Assembly: GCA_963826115.1 (NCBI GenBank)
Contig: CAWGVS010000005.1
Span: 1,376,001 to 1,440,000 of the forward strand
DNA: 64,000 nucleotides
Source: an uncultured Candidatus Rokubacteria bacterium
Lineage (GTDB): Bacteria > Methylomirabilota > Methylomirabilia > Rokubacteriales > DASRDR01
Direction of reading: 5' to 3'
Shown: positions 38,928 through 49,654 of the stretch, piece by piece
Layout: every line of letters begins with the position of its first letter
How positions within the stretch are numbered: position 1 is the first letter of the stretch
Program-made: the position numbers and the translations under genes
Notes under the pieces: generated by a model
What the model was told of the DNA's origin: nothing
Databases searched by the model: none
The model's input: the letters and a program-made list of their open reading frames with translations, nothing else

Positions 38928-39611
38928 GTGACGGGCCGTCGCGCCGCGCTTCCGATGCTCCTCGTCGTCGCGACGCTCCTCGGGCCCGGGCCGCCGGCCC
39001 AGGCGGGCGAGATCCATTTCACCTTCGGCCTCACGCGACCCATCGACGCCTGCGAGGAACGGGGCGCGATCGTGCGGTATCAGTCCGGCGGCCAGTGGTA
39101 CGAGATCCCGAGGGCCGACGTGCGCGAGATCACCGGGGTGACCTGTTCGGTTGTCGAGGCTCCCGCCCCGGCTCCTCCGCCCGAGTGGGAGCCCGACCGC
39201 TACGTGCGCATGGCGATGGCCGTCGCCCAGGCGGGCCAGCGGGGCGCCCTGGACGATGCCGAGCGCGGGTGCGGAGAGATCAGCCGGTACGTGCTGGCCA
39301 GCGCAACCGCGAGCCTCCACGCCTACGCCGATCTCCTCGGAGCGCTCCACCGGCCGGACGCGGGCTCGGCGCGCGAGCGCGCCGAGCGCCTCCAGAATGC
39401 GAGGCCCCAGCCCGGCGGGAGCGTCCCTCTCGGCTTCGACCCCTCGGCGGAGCTCCGTGCCTACGCCAGTCTTCTCCGGGAGGTCGGCCGGGCTCCCCTC
39501 GACGCGGCGAGCACGACCGCCCTGGCCGACGCGTGGCAGCGCACCAATCAGGCGGCGTACTACCGGGCGCAGGAGCAGGCGCGCGGCGTCGACACGAGGG
39601 GGCGCTGCTAG
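38928..39611 (+). CDS. Hypothetical secreted protein
   Basis: Signal peptide-like LLVVATLLGPGPPAQA; helical TPR-like C-terminal half. Confidence 0.6.
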   Translation: MTGRRAALPMLLVVATLLGPGPPAQAGEIHFTFGLTRPIDACEERGAIVRYQSGGQWYEIPRADVREITGVTCSVVEAPAPAPPPEWEPDRYVRMAMAVAQAGQRGALDDAERGCGEISRYVLASATASLHAYADLLGALHRPDAGSARERAERLQNARPQPGGSVPLGFDPSAELRAYASLLREVGRAPLDAASTTALADAWQRTNQAAYYRAQEQARGVDTRGRC

Positions 39612-39642
39612 GAAAAGGCGGGCGCCCGGGCGGGTGGCGGCC

Positions 39643-40836
39643 TCAGACGACGCCGCGGGTGCGGAGGTCCTCGATCTCGGCCGGACCGTAGCCCGCCTCG
39701 CGCAGAACCTCCGCGGTGTGCTCGCCCAGGAGCGGCGGCGGCCGGTCCAGGCCCGGGCTGCCGTGCGCGAAGCGGAATCCCGATCCGACCAGCCTGAGCG
39801 GGCCGAACTGCGACTCCACGGTCTGCAGCACGTCCCGGTGCTCGAGCTGCGGGTGGCCGACGATCTCGTCGATCTTCCAGATCGAGGAGCACGGCACGTC
39901 GGCCTTCGTGAGCCGCGCCTCCCAGGTCCGGGCATCCGCGCTCGCGAGCGCGCTCTCGATGACCTCGCGGAGCGCCGGGAAGTTCGCCGTGCGCGACGCC
40001 CAGTCCTTGAAGCGCGGGTCGTCGAGGGCCTCGGGGAGCCCGAGGGCCGTCATGAGGCGCACCCACTGCGGCTCCGTCAGGACCGCCAGGACGAGGAAAC
40101 TGTCCTTCGCCCGGAACCGGTTGGCGGTGGGCTTCCGGCTCACCGAGCCGTTGCCGATCTGCCGCTGCTCGATACCAGCCACGGTCCACTCCGAGACCGG
40201 CCCCGGAATGAAGGCGAGCGCGGCGTCGAGCATGGCCACGTCGACGAACTGTCCGACCCCCGTGCGCGTCCGCTGGTAGAGCGCGCTCGACACGGCGAGC
40301 GCCGCGGTCAGGCCACCGATCGTGTCGCAGATCGCGAACCCCGCGCGCATCGGCCCACCCGCCGGCTCCCCGGTGATCGACATGATCCCCGACATCGCCT
40401 GGAGCTTCCCGTCGAAGGCCGCCGTGGTCTTCTCCGGGCCGGTGTGGCCGAAGCCGGACACCGCGCAGTAGATCAGGCGGGGATTCACGCCCGTGAGCGC
40501 CTCGTAGCCGAGGCCGAGGCGGTCCATCACGCCGGGCCGGAAGTTCTCCCAGACCACGTCGGCGCTCCCGACGAGCCGCCGCACCACCTCCACCGCCTCC
40601 GGCCGGCGAAGATCGAGCGTGATGCTGCGCTTGTTGCCGTTCACGGCGAGGAAGCCGGGCGGCATCCCGCGCGCGGCCAGCTCCGTCACCACGGGCTGGG
40701 CCCGCGTCTCGTCCCCCTCCCGCGACTCGATCTTGACGACGTCGGCGCCGAGGAGGGCGAGCTGGTAGGTACCGTATGGCCCGGCGAGGTAGCGGGTGAA
40801 GTCCAGGATGCGGACGCCGGCGAACGGCCTGCTCAC
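39643..40836 (-). CDS. CaiB/BaiF (family III) CoA-transferase
   Basis: GVRILDF, AGPY, LGADVVKIE, NGNKRS, ENFRPG, catalytic Asp region QAMSG, PPLLGEHT; GTG start overlaps upstream stop. Confidence 0.93.
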   Translation of the reverse strand: MSRPFAGVRILDFTRYLAGPYGTYQLALLGADVVKIESREGDETRAQPVVTELAARGMPPGFLAVNGNKRSITLDLRRPEAVEVVRRLVGSADVVWENFRPGVMDRLGLGYEALTGVNPRLIYCAVSGFGHTGPEKTTAAFDGKLQAMSGIMSITGEPAGGPMRAGFAICDTIGGLTAALAVSSALYQRTRTGVGQFVDVAMLDAALAFIPGPVSEWTVAGIEQRQIGNGSVSRKPTANRFRAKDSFLVLAVLTEPQWVRLMTALGLPEALDDPRFKDWASRTANFPALREVIESALASADARTWEARLTKADVPCSSIWKIDEIVGHPQLEHRDVLQTVESQFGPLRLVGSGFRFAHGSPGLDRPPPLLGEHTAEVLREAGYGPAEIEDLRTRGVV

Positions 40837-41741
40837 TTGCGGTCCGACTTGCCCGCGATGACGGCCTTGACCTCGTCGAACTCCCGCCGCTTCTCGGCGA
40901 GCTCCTCGGTCGTCATGCGGTCCGGGTTCGAGTAGTCGAGCTTCCAGGACGGGTCGTCGCTCCAGCGCTGCGGAGACTGCACGGTCGTGCGCGGCGCGGG
41001 CGCGGTCTCGAGGACGCGGAGCGCGAGCTCGAGCGTCGCCGCCTGCGACTCGGCGTCGAACGGCTTGCCGGCGGAGTTCCCCAGCGGGAAGTCGCTGAAG
41101 AGGAAGCGCGGCACCCCGCAGTGCTCCACGATGTCCTTGGCGGCCCCCATGATCACGGTGGGGACGCCGTTCGCCTCCAGGTGGCGGGCGACCAGACCGA
41201 CGGTCTGGTGGCACACGGGTCAGGTGGGCACGATCAGCGCGACGTCCGCCCCGTCCTCCCGGCACCGCGCCAGGAGCTCCGGCGCGTCACGCTCGACCGT
41301 GACCCGCTGGCTCCGGTTGGTCGGCGAGCCGTAGAAGCGCGGCGTGAGCGCCCCGATGCGCCCGGTCCGGACCGCCTCCTGGAGCCGCGCGAGCGGGAAC
41401 CACGTGTTCGGGTCTTCGGCGCGAGTGTGCTTCCGGTCGTAGCCCACGTGGGAGATCCGGAGGTCCGGAACGGCGTCGGTCGAGTCCGCGTAGACCGAGT
41501 AGAACTTGGCGGCGGCGTTGTACTTCGCGCCCGGCCCCTGGTCCCCCCGGCCGGGCTGGTAGGGCGCCGCCGTCGTGACGAGCGCCAGGCGGGACCGCGC
41601 CAGCGGCTTCGCGAGCGGCGTGAACGGCACCTCGTCGAAGTGGGCCCACCGGTACGGGTTGTCGAAGCCGAGACGAACGTAGTAGTCGCGGGTCCGCTGC
41701 ATGTAGGAGATCGGGACGTCGTGGTCGGGCGCGAATCTCAT
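40833..41741 (-). CDS. Selenoprotein of the glycine/betaine/proline reductase selenoprotein B (GrdB/PrdB) family, 302 aa with Sec at UGA 41220-41222
   Basis: ORFs 41220..41741 and 40833..41216 are in the same frame; readthrough gives LIVPT-U-PVCHQTVGLVARHLEANGVPTV; N-terminal ALVTTA, SHVGYD, DPN..FPL motifs. Confidence 0.9.
41191..41219 (-). promoter_or_regulatory. Bacterial SECIS element
   Basis: Hairpin ACCAGACC-GUC-GGUCUGGU begins after a 10-nt spacer 3' of the UGA, with G-U in the apical loop. Confidence 0.78.
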
Positions 41742-41822
41742 CGGCGTCTCTCCCGGGTGCCCTCGCCGGTCACCGCGTGGCGCCAGTGTCGCACGGAAGC
41801 TCCCGCGGGCGGAGGGTCCGCG

Positions 41823-42437
41823 CTAGTCGGCGGCGAGGTGCCGGAGAACGTGCGGAGCCACGGGCTCCGGATGGTCCCGGGCGAACATGTGGTCGACTCC
41901 CGGAATCACCACCAGCTCGGCCCGCGGCAGGAGCTCCGTGAGCCGGCGGCCGACGCCGAGGGGGCTGATCGGGTCGGCGTCGCTCCACAGGAGGAGCGTC
42001 GGCGCCGTCACGCCGGGGAGCCGGGCCGCGAGGTCCGGACGCTCCGTGAGGATCCACGACGCGGCGCCGGGGTACTCCTGCGCGTACTCCGGCCGCCAGT
42101 CCTCGGGCGCGAACGGCGCGAGATCGATCCCCGCGGAGGTGGCGGTGAGGACCAGCCGGCGGACGAGCCCGGGTCGCGCCAGCATCACCATGGCGGCGAC
42201 GACACCGCCCATCGACTGCGCCACCAGGTCGACCGGCCCCGGGCCCGCCCGTTCGATCACCAGCCGGGCAAGGTCGGCCAGACCGGCGACGTCCGCGCGA
42301 GCGGGAATGCGGCCGAGACCCGGCCAATCGAAGAACGACTTCTCCCACGACGCCGGCAGGCGGTCGGCGACCGGGCGCCAGAATCGCCCGTCCCCCGAGG
42401 CGCCGGGCAGGAAGAGGACGCGGCGGGACGCCGTCAC
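41823..42437 (-). CDS. Alpha/beta fold hydrolase
   Basis: LPGASG, DWPGLG, AQSMGG nucleophile elbow, DPISP, DH. Confidence 0.85.
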   Translation of the reverse strand: MTASRRVLFLPGASGDGRFWRPVADRLPASWEKSFFDWPGLGRIPARADVAGLADLARLVIERAGPGPVDLVAQSMGGVVAAMVMLARPGLVRRLVLTATSAGIDLAPFAPEDWRPEYAQEYPGAASWILTERPDLAARLPGVTAPTLLLWSDADPISPLGVGRRLTELLPRAELVVIPGVDHMFARDHPEPVAPHVLRHLAAD

Positions 42438-42488
42438 GGCAGCGCCGCGCGGCGAGGGCCGCGGGGCGCGCGAGACGCGGGCGTCACC

Positions 42489-43082
42489 TCAGAAGCCCGA
42501 GACGTACGGCAGCGCCCGCGCGGTGCGCTCGATCCCATCGCCCGCCTCGAGCAGCACGCCCATCGCGTTCCAGGCCCCGGAGACGAGCTGGTTGCGGGCG
42601 CCGTCCGGAACCCGGGCCCGGATCGTCCGCCCCAGGAACCGAACCTCCTGGCGCTCGACGTCGACGTCGAGGACCTCGCGAGGATTCTTCTCCACCGAGC
42701 GGAGGAGCCAGTCGACGTCGGCGGGCTCGATCGCGAGGCACGGGATGCCGTTCGCCGTGCAGTTGCCGAAGAAGATCTCCGCGTACGAGCCGCCCACGAT
42801 GGCGCCGATGCCCCAGCGCATGAGCGCCTGGGGCGCGTGCTCGCGCGACGACCCGCAGCCGAAGTTCTGCCCGACCACCAGCACCGACGCGCCCTGGTAG
42901 GCGGGCGAGTTGAACGGGTGCTCGGGGTTCTGCTTCCGGGCGTCCTCGAACACGTGCTCCCCCATGCTCGCGAAGGTCACTTCCTTCAGGAAGCGCGCGG
43001 GGATGATGCGGTCGGTGTCGATGTCGTTGCCGGGCAACGGGATGCCGCGGCCCGCGATGCGACGGCGCGCAAACTCGGTCAT
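42489..43082 (-). CDS. leuD: 3-isopropylmalate dehydratase small subunit
   Basis: [36 protein letters not shown]. Confidence 0.94.
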   Translation of the reverse strand: MTEFARRRIAGRGIPLPGNDIDTDRIIPARFLKEVTFASMGEHVFEDARKQNPEHPFNSPAYQGASVLVVGQNFGCGSSREHAPQALMRWGIGAIVGGSYAEIFFGNCTANGIPCLAIEPADVDWLLRSVEKNPREVLDVDVERQEVRFLGRTIRARVPDGARNQLVSGAWNAMGVLLEAGDGIERTARALPYVSGF

Positions 43083-44482
43083 CGCAGGACCTCCCTCACG
43101 TCGGCGACCGCTCCGGAAAGGGCGGCCGCGGCGACCATCGCCGGGCTCATGAGGAGCGTCCGCCCGGTCGGGCTCCCCTGGCGGCCGATGAAGTTCCGGT
43201 TGCTGGACGACGCGCTCATCTCGCGGCCCACGAGCTGGTCCGGGTTCATCCCGAGGCACATCGAGCAGCCGGCCTTCCGCCACTCGAAGCCGGCCGCCTG
43301 GAAGATCTCGTGGAGCCCCTCGGCCTCGGCGGCCTTCGCCACCTGCTGGGAGCCCGGCACGATGAGCGCGCGCACGTGCTTTGCGACCTTGCCCTTCCGG
43401 GCGACCTCGGCGGCGGCGCGCAGGTCGGAGAGGCGGCCGTTCGTGCAGGACCCGACGAAGGCCACGTCGATCTTGGCGCCCTTGATGGCCTGGCCCGCCG
43501 AGAAGCCCATGTGGGCGAGAGCCTCCCGGAAGGTCGGACGGTCGGGCTCGGGCGCGGAATCGGGCGACGGGATGCGCTGGCTCACACCCACCGACATGCC
43601 CGGGTTGATCCCCCACGTCACCACCGGCTCGATGGCCGCGCCGTCGAGCCGCGCCACGTCGTCGAAGGCGGCGCCGGGCTCGGTCGCCATGCCCTTCCAC
43701 CAGGCGACCGCGCGGTCGAAGGCCGCGCCCTGCGGCGCGTAGGGCCGGCCGCGGAGGTACTCGAAGGTCGTGGCGTCGGGGTTCACGTAGCCGCACCGCG
43801 CCCCGCCCTCGATCGACATGTTGCAGACCGTGAGGCGCTCCTCCATCGTCATGCGCTCGATGACGGGGCCCGTGTACTCGTACGCGTAGCCCACGCCGCC
43901 CTTGACGCCGAGCTGATTGATGATGGACAGGATCACGTCCTTGGCGTAGACGCCCCTGGCCAGCGCGCCCTCGACCCGCACCTCGCGGAGCTTCGGCTTG
44001 GCCATGGCCAGGCACTGCGTGGCCAGCACGTCGCGCACCTGCGTGGTGCCGATGCCGAACGCGATCGCGCCGACGGCCCCGTGCGTGGAGGTGTGGCTGT
44101 CGCCGCACGCGATGGTCATGCCCGGCTGGGTCAGCCCGAGCTCGGGCCCGATCACGTGGACGATGCCCTGCTTGCCCGACGCCATGTCGAAGAGCGGCAC
44201 GCCGAAGTCCTGGGCGTTGCGGATCATGTGGACCGCCATCTCCTCCGCCAGGGGGTCGGCGTAGGGACGGCTCTGGTCCGTGGTCGGGATGATGTGGTCG
44301 AGGGTACCGAAGGTGCGCTCGGGCATGCGGACCTTGAGCTTCGCGTCCGCCAGCCACTGGAAGGCCTGCGGGGTCGTCACCTCGTGGATCAGGTGGAGAC
44401 CGATCAGGAGCTGGGTCTGCCCCGAGGGCAGCGTCCGCACGGTGTGGGCGTCCCAGACCTTGTCGAGCAGCGTGCGCGCCAT
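43079..44482 (-). CDS. leuC: 3-isopropylmalate dehydratase large subunit
   Basis: [50 protein letters not shown]; GAGGAGG RBS. Confidence 0.95.
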   Translation of the reverse strand: MARTLLDKVWDAHTVRTLPSGQTQLLIGLHLIHEVTTPQAFQWLADAKLKVRMPERTFGTLDHIIPTTDQSRPYADPLAEEMAVHMIRNAQDFGVPLFDMASGKQGIVHVIGPELGLTQPGMTIACGDSHTSTHGAVGAIAFGIGTTQVRDVLATQCLAMAKPKLREVRVEGALARGVYAKDVILSIINQLGVKGGVGYAYEYTGPVIERMTMEERLTVCNMSIEGGARCGYVNPDATTFEYLRGRPYAPQGAAFDRAVAWWKGMATEPGAAFDDVARLDGAAIEPVVTWGINPGMSVGVSQRIPSPDSAPEPDRPTFREALAHMGFSAGQAIKGAKIDVAFVGSCTNGRLSDLRAAAEVARKGKVAKHVRALIVPGSQQVAKAAEAEGLHEIFQAAGFEWRKAGCSMCLGMNPDQLVGREMSASSSNRNFIGRQGSPTGRTLLMSPAMVAAAALSGAVADVREVLR

Positions 44483-44593
44483 TGGACGGTGCCTCCTCCT
44501 CGTGCGGGACGCCGGCGCGGCGGCCGTGAGCCCCGTGTCGCGCATCCTGCCCCATTCCGAATTGTGTAGTCCAGTGAAACGTTTTGCGCGGAA

Positions 44594-44609
44594 TGGTAAT
44601 CTGTCCTTA
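44594..44609. promoter_or_regulatory. LysR-type T-N11-A box overlapping an extended -10 for lysR
   Basis: TAA-TCTGTCC-TTA (44597-44609) and TGgTAATCT (44594-44602), 7 nt before ATG 44610. Confidence 0.55.
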
Positions 44610-45527
44610 ATGATAGACGTCGCCCTCTTCCCCGCCTTCGAGACGCTCCTGGCGGTGGTCCGCACGGGCTCGGTCGCCGGCGCGGCGCGCCAGCGCCACA
44701 TCACCTCCTCGGCGGTCAGCCAGCAGATCCGCCGCCTCGAGACGCACTTCGGGATCAAGCTCTTCGAGCGCGCCGGCCGCGGCGTCCGCCTGAGCGCGGC
44801 CGGCGAGGCTGCGCTGCCCGTGGTGCGGGAGCTCTGGACCGGGGCCGAGACCGCGTTCGCGCAGCTCGCCGAGCTGGCCGGCCACCCCGCCACCACGCTC
44901 CGCGTCGCGGCGAGCGACTACCTCGGCAAGGCGCTCCTGGCCCCCGTCCTCCGGGACCTCCTCGACCAGGAACCGTCCGTGCGCTTCGAGATCGTCACGG
45001 CCCACTCGCGCGAGGGCGTCCGGCTGGTGGCGCGCGGCGACGTCGATCTCGCGGTGGTGACGGGGCAGGACACGCCGCGCGGCCTCGAGGACCGCCACCT
45101 CTTCGACCAGCCCTTCGTCTGGGTGGGCCCACGGCGGCGGGGGGAGCCGGCCGCCCTGACCGAGCGGCTCCGCCGCGAGCCGATCCTGCGGCTGGCCGCG
45201 GAAAGTCGCGGGCGCGCCCTCCTCGACCAGTTCCTCGCCGACGCGCGGATTCGCCCGGTGTCCACGATCGACGTGCCGAGCGTGTCGCTCCTGCTCTCCT
45301 ACGTCTCGGGCGGGCTCGGCATCGGACTCGTCCCCGCGCTCGCGCTCAGCGAGGCGCCGGCCGACCGCACGGTCAGCGCGCCCGCGGCCGTCCCCGCCCT
45401 CCCCGTCACCCTGGTCTGGCGCCCCGCCGCCCAGCGTCAGCCCGCGCTCGCCCGCCTGGCCGCCCTCCTTGCCGCCGCGGGAGCGCGGGCGGGGGCACGG
45501 CTCCGCGGCCGGGGTCGGGCTTCTTAA
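44610..45527 (+). CDS. LysR family transcriptional regulator, divergent from leuCD
   Basis: GSVAGAA...[20 protein letters not shown] helix-turn-helix; VDLAV; GLGIGLVP. Confidence 0.92.
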   Translation: MIDVALFPAFETLLAVVRTGSVAGAARQRHITSSAVSQQIRRLETHFGIKLFERAGRGVRLSAAGEAALPVVRELWTGAETAFAQLAELAGHPATTLRVAASDYLGKALLAPVLRDLLDQEPSVRFEIVTAHSREGVRLVARGDVDLAVVTGQDTPRGLEDRHLFDQPFVWVGPRRRGEPAALTERLRREPILRLAAESRGRALLDQFLADARIRPVSTIDVPSVSLLLSYVSGGLGIGLVPALALSEAPADRTVSAPAAVPALPVTLVWRPAAQRQPALARLAALLAAAGARAGARLRGRGRAS

Positions 45528-45585
45528 CAATTCCGCCTCGGCGCGTCACAATGCGGGACATGCGCGAACCTGAGGCCCCGACCCG

Positions 45586-46518
45586 ATGACCTGGCTCACC
45601 GAGACCGAGCGCGACCCGCGTCCCGCCGGCGACCGCCTCGCCGCCCTCTGGGCCGAGCCCGGCATCCTCGGGCTCCCGGGGGCCCACGAGCCCCTGGCCG
45701 CGCTCCTCGCGCGGCGCGCCGGCTTCCGAGCGCTCTACGTCTCCGGAGCCGGGCTCGCCGCGAGCCTCGCGCTCCCCGACCTCGGGATCCTCTCCCTCGG
45801 GGAGCTCGCCTACTTCACGCGCGCGATCGTGCGCGCGTCGGGGCTGCCGGTCCTGGTCGACGGCGACACCGGCTACGGCGAGGTGCTGAACGTCGTCCGC
45901 CTCGTGCGCGAGCTCGAGGACGCGGGCGCGGCCGCCGTGCAGATCGAGGACCAGATCCTCCCCAAGAAGTGCGGCCACCTCTCGGACAAGCGCCTCGCGT
46001 CGCCCGAGGAGATGGCGCGGAAGGTCGCCGCCGCCGTGCGGGCCGCGCGCCACCTCCGGGTGGTCGCGCGGACGGACGCCGTGGAGCTCGAGGGGATCGA
46101 TCGCGCGATCGCCCGGTGCCGGCTCTACCGCGAGGCCGGCGCCCACGCGATCTTCCCGGAGGCGCTCCGGACGGCGGAGGAGCTCCGTGCCTTCTCCGCG
46201 GCGGTCCCCGGGCCGCTCCTCGCCAACATGACGGAGTTCGGCCGGACGCCGCTCGCGCCAGCGGCGCAGCTCGAGCGCCTCGGATACAAGATGGTGATCT
46301 GGCCCGTGTCCGCCCTCCGGGTCGGCGCGCGCGCCATGGAGGGCTTCTACGCCGACCTCGCCCGCACGGGCACGCAGGCGGGATGGCTCGACCGCATGCA
46401 GACGCGCCGCCAGCTCTACGAGCTGATCGGCTATCACGACTACGAGGCCCTCGACGAGACCATCGCGAAGAGCGTCCTCCCCGACGAGCTCCCGCCCCCC
46501 GGCCGTGGAGGCGCATAG
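45586..46518 (+). CDS. prpB: 2-methylisocitrate lyase
   Basis: YVSGA, LPDLG, DGDTGYG, IEDQ..PKKCGH, ARTDA, NMTEFG.TP, MQTR..LY. Confidence 0.93.
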   Translation: MTWLTETERDPRPAGDRLAALWAEPGILGLPGAHEPLAALLARRAGFRALYVSGAGLAASLALPDLGILSLGELAYFTRAIVRASGLPVLVDGDTGYGEVLNVVRLVRELEDAGAAAVQIEDQILPKKCGHLSDKRLASPEEMARKVAAAVRAARHLRVVARTDAVELEGIDRAIARCRLYREAGAHAIFPEALRTAEELRAFSAAVPGPLLANMTEFGRTPLAPAAQLERLGYKMVIWPVSALRVGARAMEGFYADLARTGTQAGWLDRMQTRRQLYELIGYHDYEALDETIAKSVLPDELPPPGRGGA

Positions 46519-48025
46519 GGTCCGGGTCCACCCCGCGGCGTCGCGCCTGCCGCGCGAGGCGCAGCTCGCCTGGAAGCTCGCCGCCTTCGCGACCCGGGCG
46601 CCGGCCTCCGGCGTCGACCAGGACGTCGCCGAGATGGTCGCCTGCCGCGTCGTGGACAACGCGGCGGTGGCCCTCGCGGCGCTCGACCGGCCGCCCGCGG
46701 CCGCGGCGCGGTCGATGGCCCTCGCCCACCCGCGCCCGGGAGGCGCGACGCTGATCGGCCTCCCGGGCGATCGGACGGTCCACGCGGAGTGGGCCGCCTG
46801 GGCGAACGGCACCGCGGTCCGCGAGCTCGACTTCCACGACACCTTCCTCGCCGCCGACTACGCGCACCCCGGCGACGGCATCCCGCCCCTCGTCGCCGTC
46901 GCCCAGCAGAAGGGGCTCGACGGCGCGCGGCTCCTCGCCGCGATCGCGGCCACGTACGAGGTCCACGTGGACCTCGTGAAGGCCATCTCCCTCCACGCCC
47001 ACAAGAAGGATCACGTGGCGCACCTCGCGCCGGCGATCGCGGCCGGGCTCGGCGCGCTCCTCGGCCTCGAGACGCCCGTCGTCTACCACGCGGTCAACCA
47101 GGCGGTGCACCTCGCCTTCTCGACCCGCCAGTCGCGGAAAGGCGACATCACCTCCTGGAAGGCCGCGGCCCCCGCGTGGGCGGGCAAGCTCGCGATCGAG
47201 GCGACGGACCGCGCGATGCGGGGCGAGGGCGCGCCGAACCCGATCTACGAGGGCGAGGACGGCGTGATCGCGTGGATGCTCGGGGGGCCGGACGCCGAGT
47301 ACGTCGTCCCGTTGCCCGCGCCCGGAGAGCGCCCCCGCGCGATCCTGGAGACCTATCCGAAGGCCCACTCGGCGGAGTACCAGGCCCAGGCGCTGATCGA
47401 CCTCGCGTTCGACCTCCGGCGCCGCGTCGCGTCCGGGGACTGGCCCCGCGTCCGCGAGATCCTCGTCCGCACGAGCCACCACACGCACACCGTGATCGGG
47501 TCCGGCTCCAACGACCCGGAGAAGCTCGACCCCGACGCCTCCCGCGAGACGCTGGACCACTCGATCATGTACATCCTCGCGGTGGCCCTCGAGGACGGCC
47601 GCTGGGACCACGTCGCCTCCTACGCGCCGGCGCGCGCCCACCGGCCTTCGACCGTCGCGCTCTGGCGGAAGATCCGCACCGTCGAGGACCCCGCCTGGAC
47701 CGCGCGCTATCACGACCCCGACCCCGCGCGAAAGGCGTTCGGCGGCCGCGTCGAGATCGCCTTCGAGGACGGCACGATCGTGAGCGAGGAGCGTCTCGTG
47801 GCGGACGCCCACCCGGCCGGGCGGCGTCCCTGGCGGTGGCCGGACTACCTCGGGAAGCTCGACGCGCTGGGCGGCGATCGCTTCCCCAAGGACGAGCGCT
47901 CGCGGTTCGTCGATCTTGCGGCTCGCCTCGGGCGCCTGTCGCCCGCCGAGGTGCGCCGGCTCAATCCCGCCCTGCCCCCCGGCGCCCTCGGCCCGCAGGA
48001 ACCCGACGGCCGCGGCATCTTCTAG
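46505..48025 (+). CDS. prpD: 2-methylcitrate dehydratase (MmgE/PrpD family)
   Basis: RELDFHDTFLAA.Y.HP, DHVAH, RQSRKG.I.SWK, SRETLDHS. Confidence 0.92.
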   Translation: MEAHRVRVHPAASRLPREAQLAWKLAAFATRAPASGVDQDVAEMVACRVVDNAAVALAALDRPPAAAARSMALAHPRPGGATLIGLPGDRTVHAEWAAWANGTAVRELDFHDTFLAADYAHPGDGIPPLVAVAQQKGLDGARLLAAIAATYEVHVDLVKAISLHAHKKDHVAHLAPAIAAGLGALLGLETPVVYHAVNQAVHLAFSTRQSRKGDITSWKAAAPAWAGKLAIEATDRAMRGEGAPNPIYEGEDGVIAWMLGGPDAEYVVPLPAPGERPRAILETYPKAHSAEYQAQALIDLAFDLRRRVASGDWPRVREILVRTSHHTHTVIGSGSNDPEKLDPDASRETLDHSIMYILAVALEDGRWDHVASYAPARAHRPSTVALWRKIRTVEDPAWTARYHDPDPARKAFGGRVEIAFEDGTIVSEERLVADAHPAGRRPWRWPDYLGKLDALGGDRFPKDERSRFVDLAARLGRLSPAEVRRLNPALPPGALGPQEPDGRGIF

Positions 48026-48133
48026 CGGCTCCGCGAGACGGCCGCCGCTGCCCGGCGGCTCGGCTGCGGTAGAATGGCACAAGTGCAAAGCCTGACAATG
48101 TCGGTGGACTCTCCAACGGAGGGGGGGCTTCTC

Positions 48134-49087
48134 ATGAGAATCCGCAAGATCGGACTCCTCGCGCTCGTCGCCCTCGCGCCGCTCCTGGCGCTGGCGGCCG
48201 AGCCCATCAAGATGATGGTCCCCGCGAACCCGGGGGGTGGCTGGGACTCCACCGGGCGCGCCGTCCTCGCGGCGCTCGAGGCCGAGGGGATTCACAAGGC
48301 GGGCGCCCAGGTCACGAACAAGGGCGGGGCGGGCGGCACCATCGGTCTCGCGGAGTTCGTCAACGGCTCGAAGGGCAACGACAACGCGGTCCTGGTGATG
48401 GGCGCAATCATGGTCGGCGGCATCCTGACGAACAAGTCGCCGGTGACCCTCGACCAGGTGACGCCGCTGGCCCGGCTGACGATCGAGTACAACGCGATCG
48501 CCGTCGCGCCGAACTCGCCCTTCAAGACGGTGAAGGACCTCACCGACGCCCTCAAGGCGGACCCGGGTAAGGTGTCCGTCGGCGGCGGCTCGGCCGGTGG
48601 CGTCGACCACATCACGCTCGCCCTGATCGGGCAGGCGGCCGGCGTGCCCGCGGCGAAGCTCAACTACGTCCCGTTCCAGGGCGGAGGCGAGATGATCGCC
48701 GCCGTCGCCGGCGGGAAGCTCGCCGCGGCGATCTCGGGCCTCTCGGAGTTCAAGCAGTACGTCGACACCGGGCGGCTGCGCCTCCTGGCGGTCACGTCGG
48801 ACGCGCGCCTGGCGGGCGTGAGCACGCCCACGCTGAAGGAGTCCGGCGTCAACGTCGTGATCGGCAACTGGCGCGGCCTGGTCGGCCCGCCGGGCATGTC
48901 GGCCGGGGGTCGCTCGGCCATGGTCGCGATGCTGGACAAGATGCATCCCACCAAGGCCTGGCAGGAGACCCTCAAGAAGCAGGGGTGGGACGACGCCTAC
49001 CTCTCCGGCGAGGCGTTCAGCGGGTTCCTGAAAGAAGAGAACGTGCGGATCGCCGCCGTGCTCAAGGAGGTCGGTCTCGTCAAGTAG
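48134..49087 (+). CDS. tctC: Tripartite tricarboxylate transporter substrate-binding protein
   Basis: [30 protein letters not shown]. Confidence 0.92.
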   Translation: MRIRKIGLLALVALAPLLALAAEPIKMMVPANPGGGWDSTGRAVLAALEAEGIHKAGAQVTNKGGAGGTIGLAEFVNGSKGNDNAVLVMGAIMVGGILTNKSPVTLDQVTPLARLTIEYNAIAVAPNSPFKTVKDLTDALKADPGKVSVGGGSAGGVDHITLALIGQAAGVPAAKLNYVPFQGGGEMIAAVAGGKLAAAISGLSEFKQYVDTGRLRLLAVTSDARLAGVSTPTLKESGVNVVIGNWRGLVGPPGMSAGGRSAMVAMLDKMHPTKAWQETLKKQGWDDAYLSGEAFSGFLKEENVRIAAVLKEVGLVK

Positions 49088-49120
49088 ACCGCCCCCCGCA
49101 TCGACGTGGGGGACCCGCCG

Positions 49121-49654
49121 GTGAGCGGCGCGGGGGAGGCACGCTCCCCCGCCGCCCCGCCGGGGGACGGCGGGTCTCCGGCCACCCGCCCCTGGTGGCT
49201 CGGGGGCGCCGTCATCGCCCTCGGCCTCGTATGGCTCCACGGAGCCTGGTCCCTGCCCCAGGCGGCGACCTACGCCGTCGTCGGGCCGGGGCTCTTTCCG
49301 GCCGCCATCGGCGCCGGCCTCGTCCTCCTCGGGATCCTCCTCCTCGTCGCCGTCGCCCGCGGCGAGCGCTTCGAGCCCCAGGACGCCGAGGACGCCGACG
49401 CCGCGCGAGCGCCGTCCCGCGTGGCCTTCTGGACGGCCGTCGCGGCGGGCGTGCTCCCGATCTTCGTGATTCGGCCGCTCGGCTTCCCGATCGCGGCGGC
49501 CATCGGCTTCGCCCTCACCGCGCGCGCCTTCGGATCGCGCCGGGTCGCGCTCGACCTCGGCGTAGGCCTCCTCCTCGGCGTGGCGTGCTGGCTCCTCTTC
49601 TCCCGCCTCCTCGGCCTCACGCTCCCCGGCTTCCCGCCGCTCGGTGTGATGTGA
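49121..49654 (+). CDS. tctB: Tripartite tricarboxylate transporter small subunit
   Basis: VGPGLFP, LGF, F..LLG..LPG; lies between tctC and tctA; start may be 49106. Confidence 0.88.
   Translation: MSGAGEARSPAAPPGDGGSPATRPWWLGGAVIALGLVWLHGAWSLPQAATYAVVGPGLFPAAIGAGLVLLGILLLVAVARGERFEPQDAEDADAARAPSRVAFWTAVAAGVLPIFVIRPLGFPIAAAIGFALTARAFGSRRVALDLGVGLLLGVACWLLFSRLLGLTLPGFPPLGVM

Noticed and set aside
40833-41741. Two separate small genes or a nonsense pseudogene
   Set aside because: Same frame, continuous family motifs, UGA at the U-x-x-C position and a SECIS-like hairpin favour one selenoprotein.
44483-44560. Leucine attenuator leader upstream of leuC
   Set aside because: No Leu-rich short peptide or terminator; a divergent LysR regulator explains the region.
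45815-49240. 1141-aa minus-strand ORF and many other long ORFs (e.g. 41121..43742 +, 60073..62667 +, 50943..53390 -, 4448..6673 -)
   Set aside because: Shadow frames antisense to well-supported genes; Arg/Gly/Pro-rich with no motifs, as expected in very GC-rich DNA.
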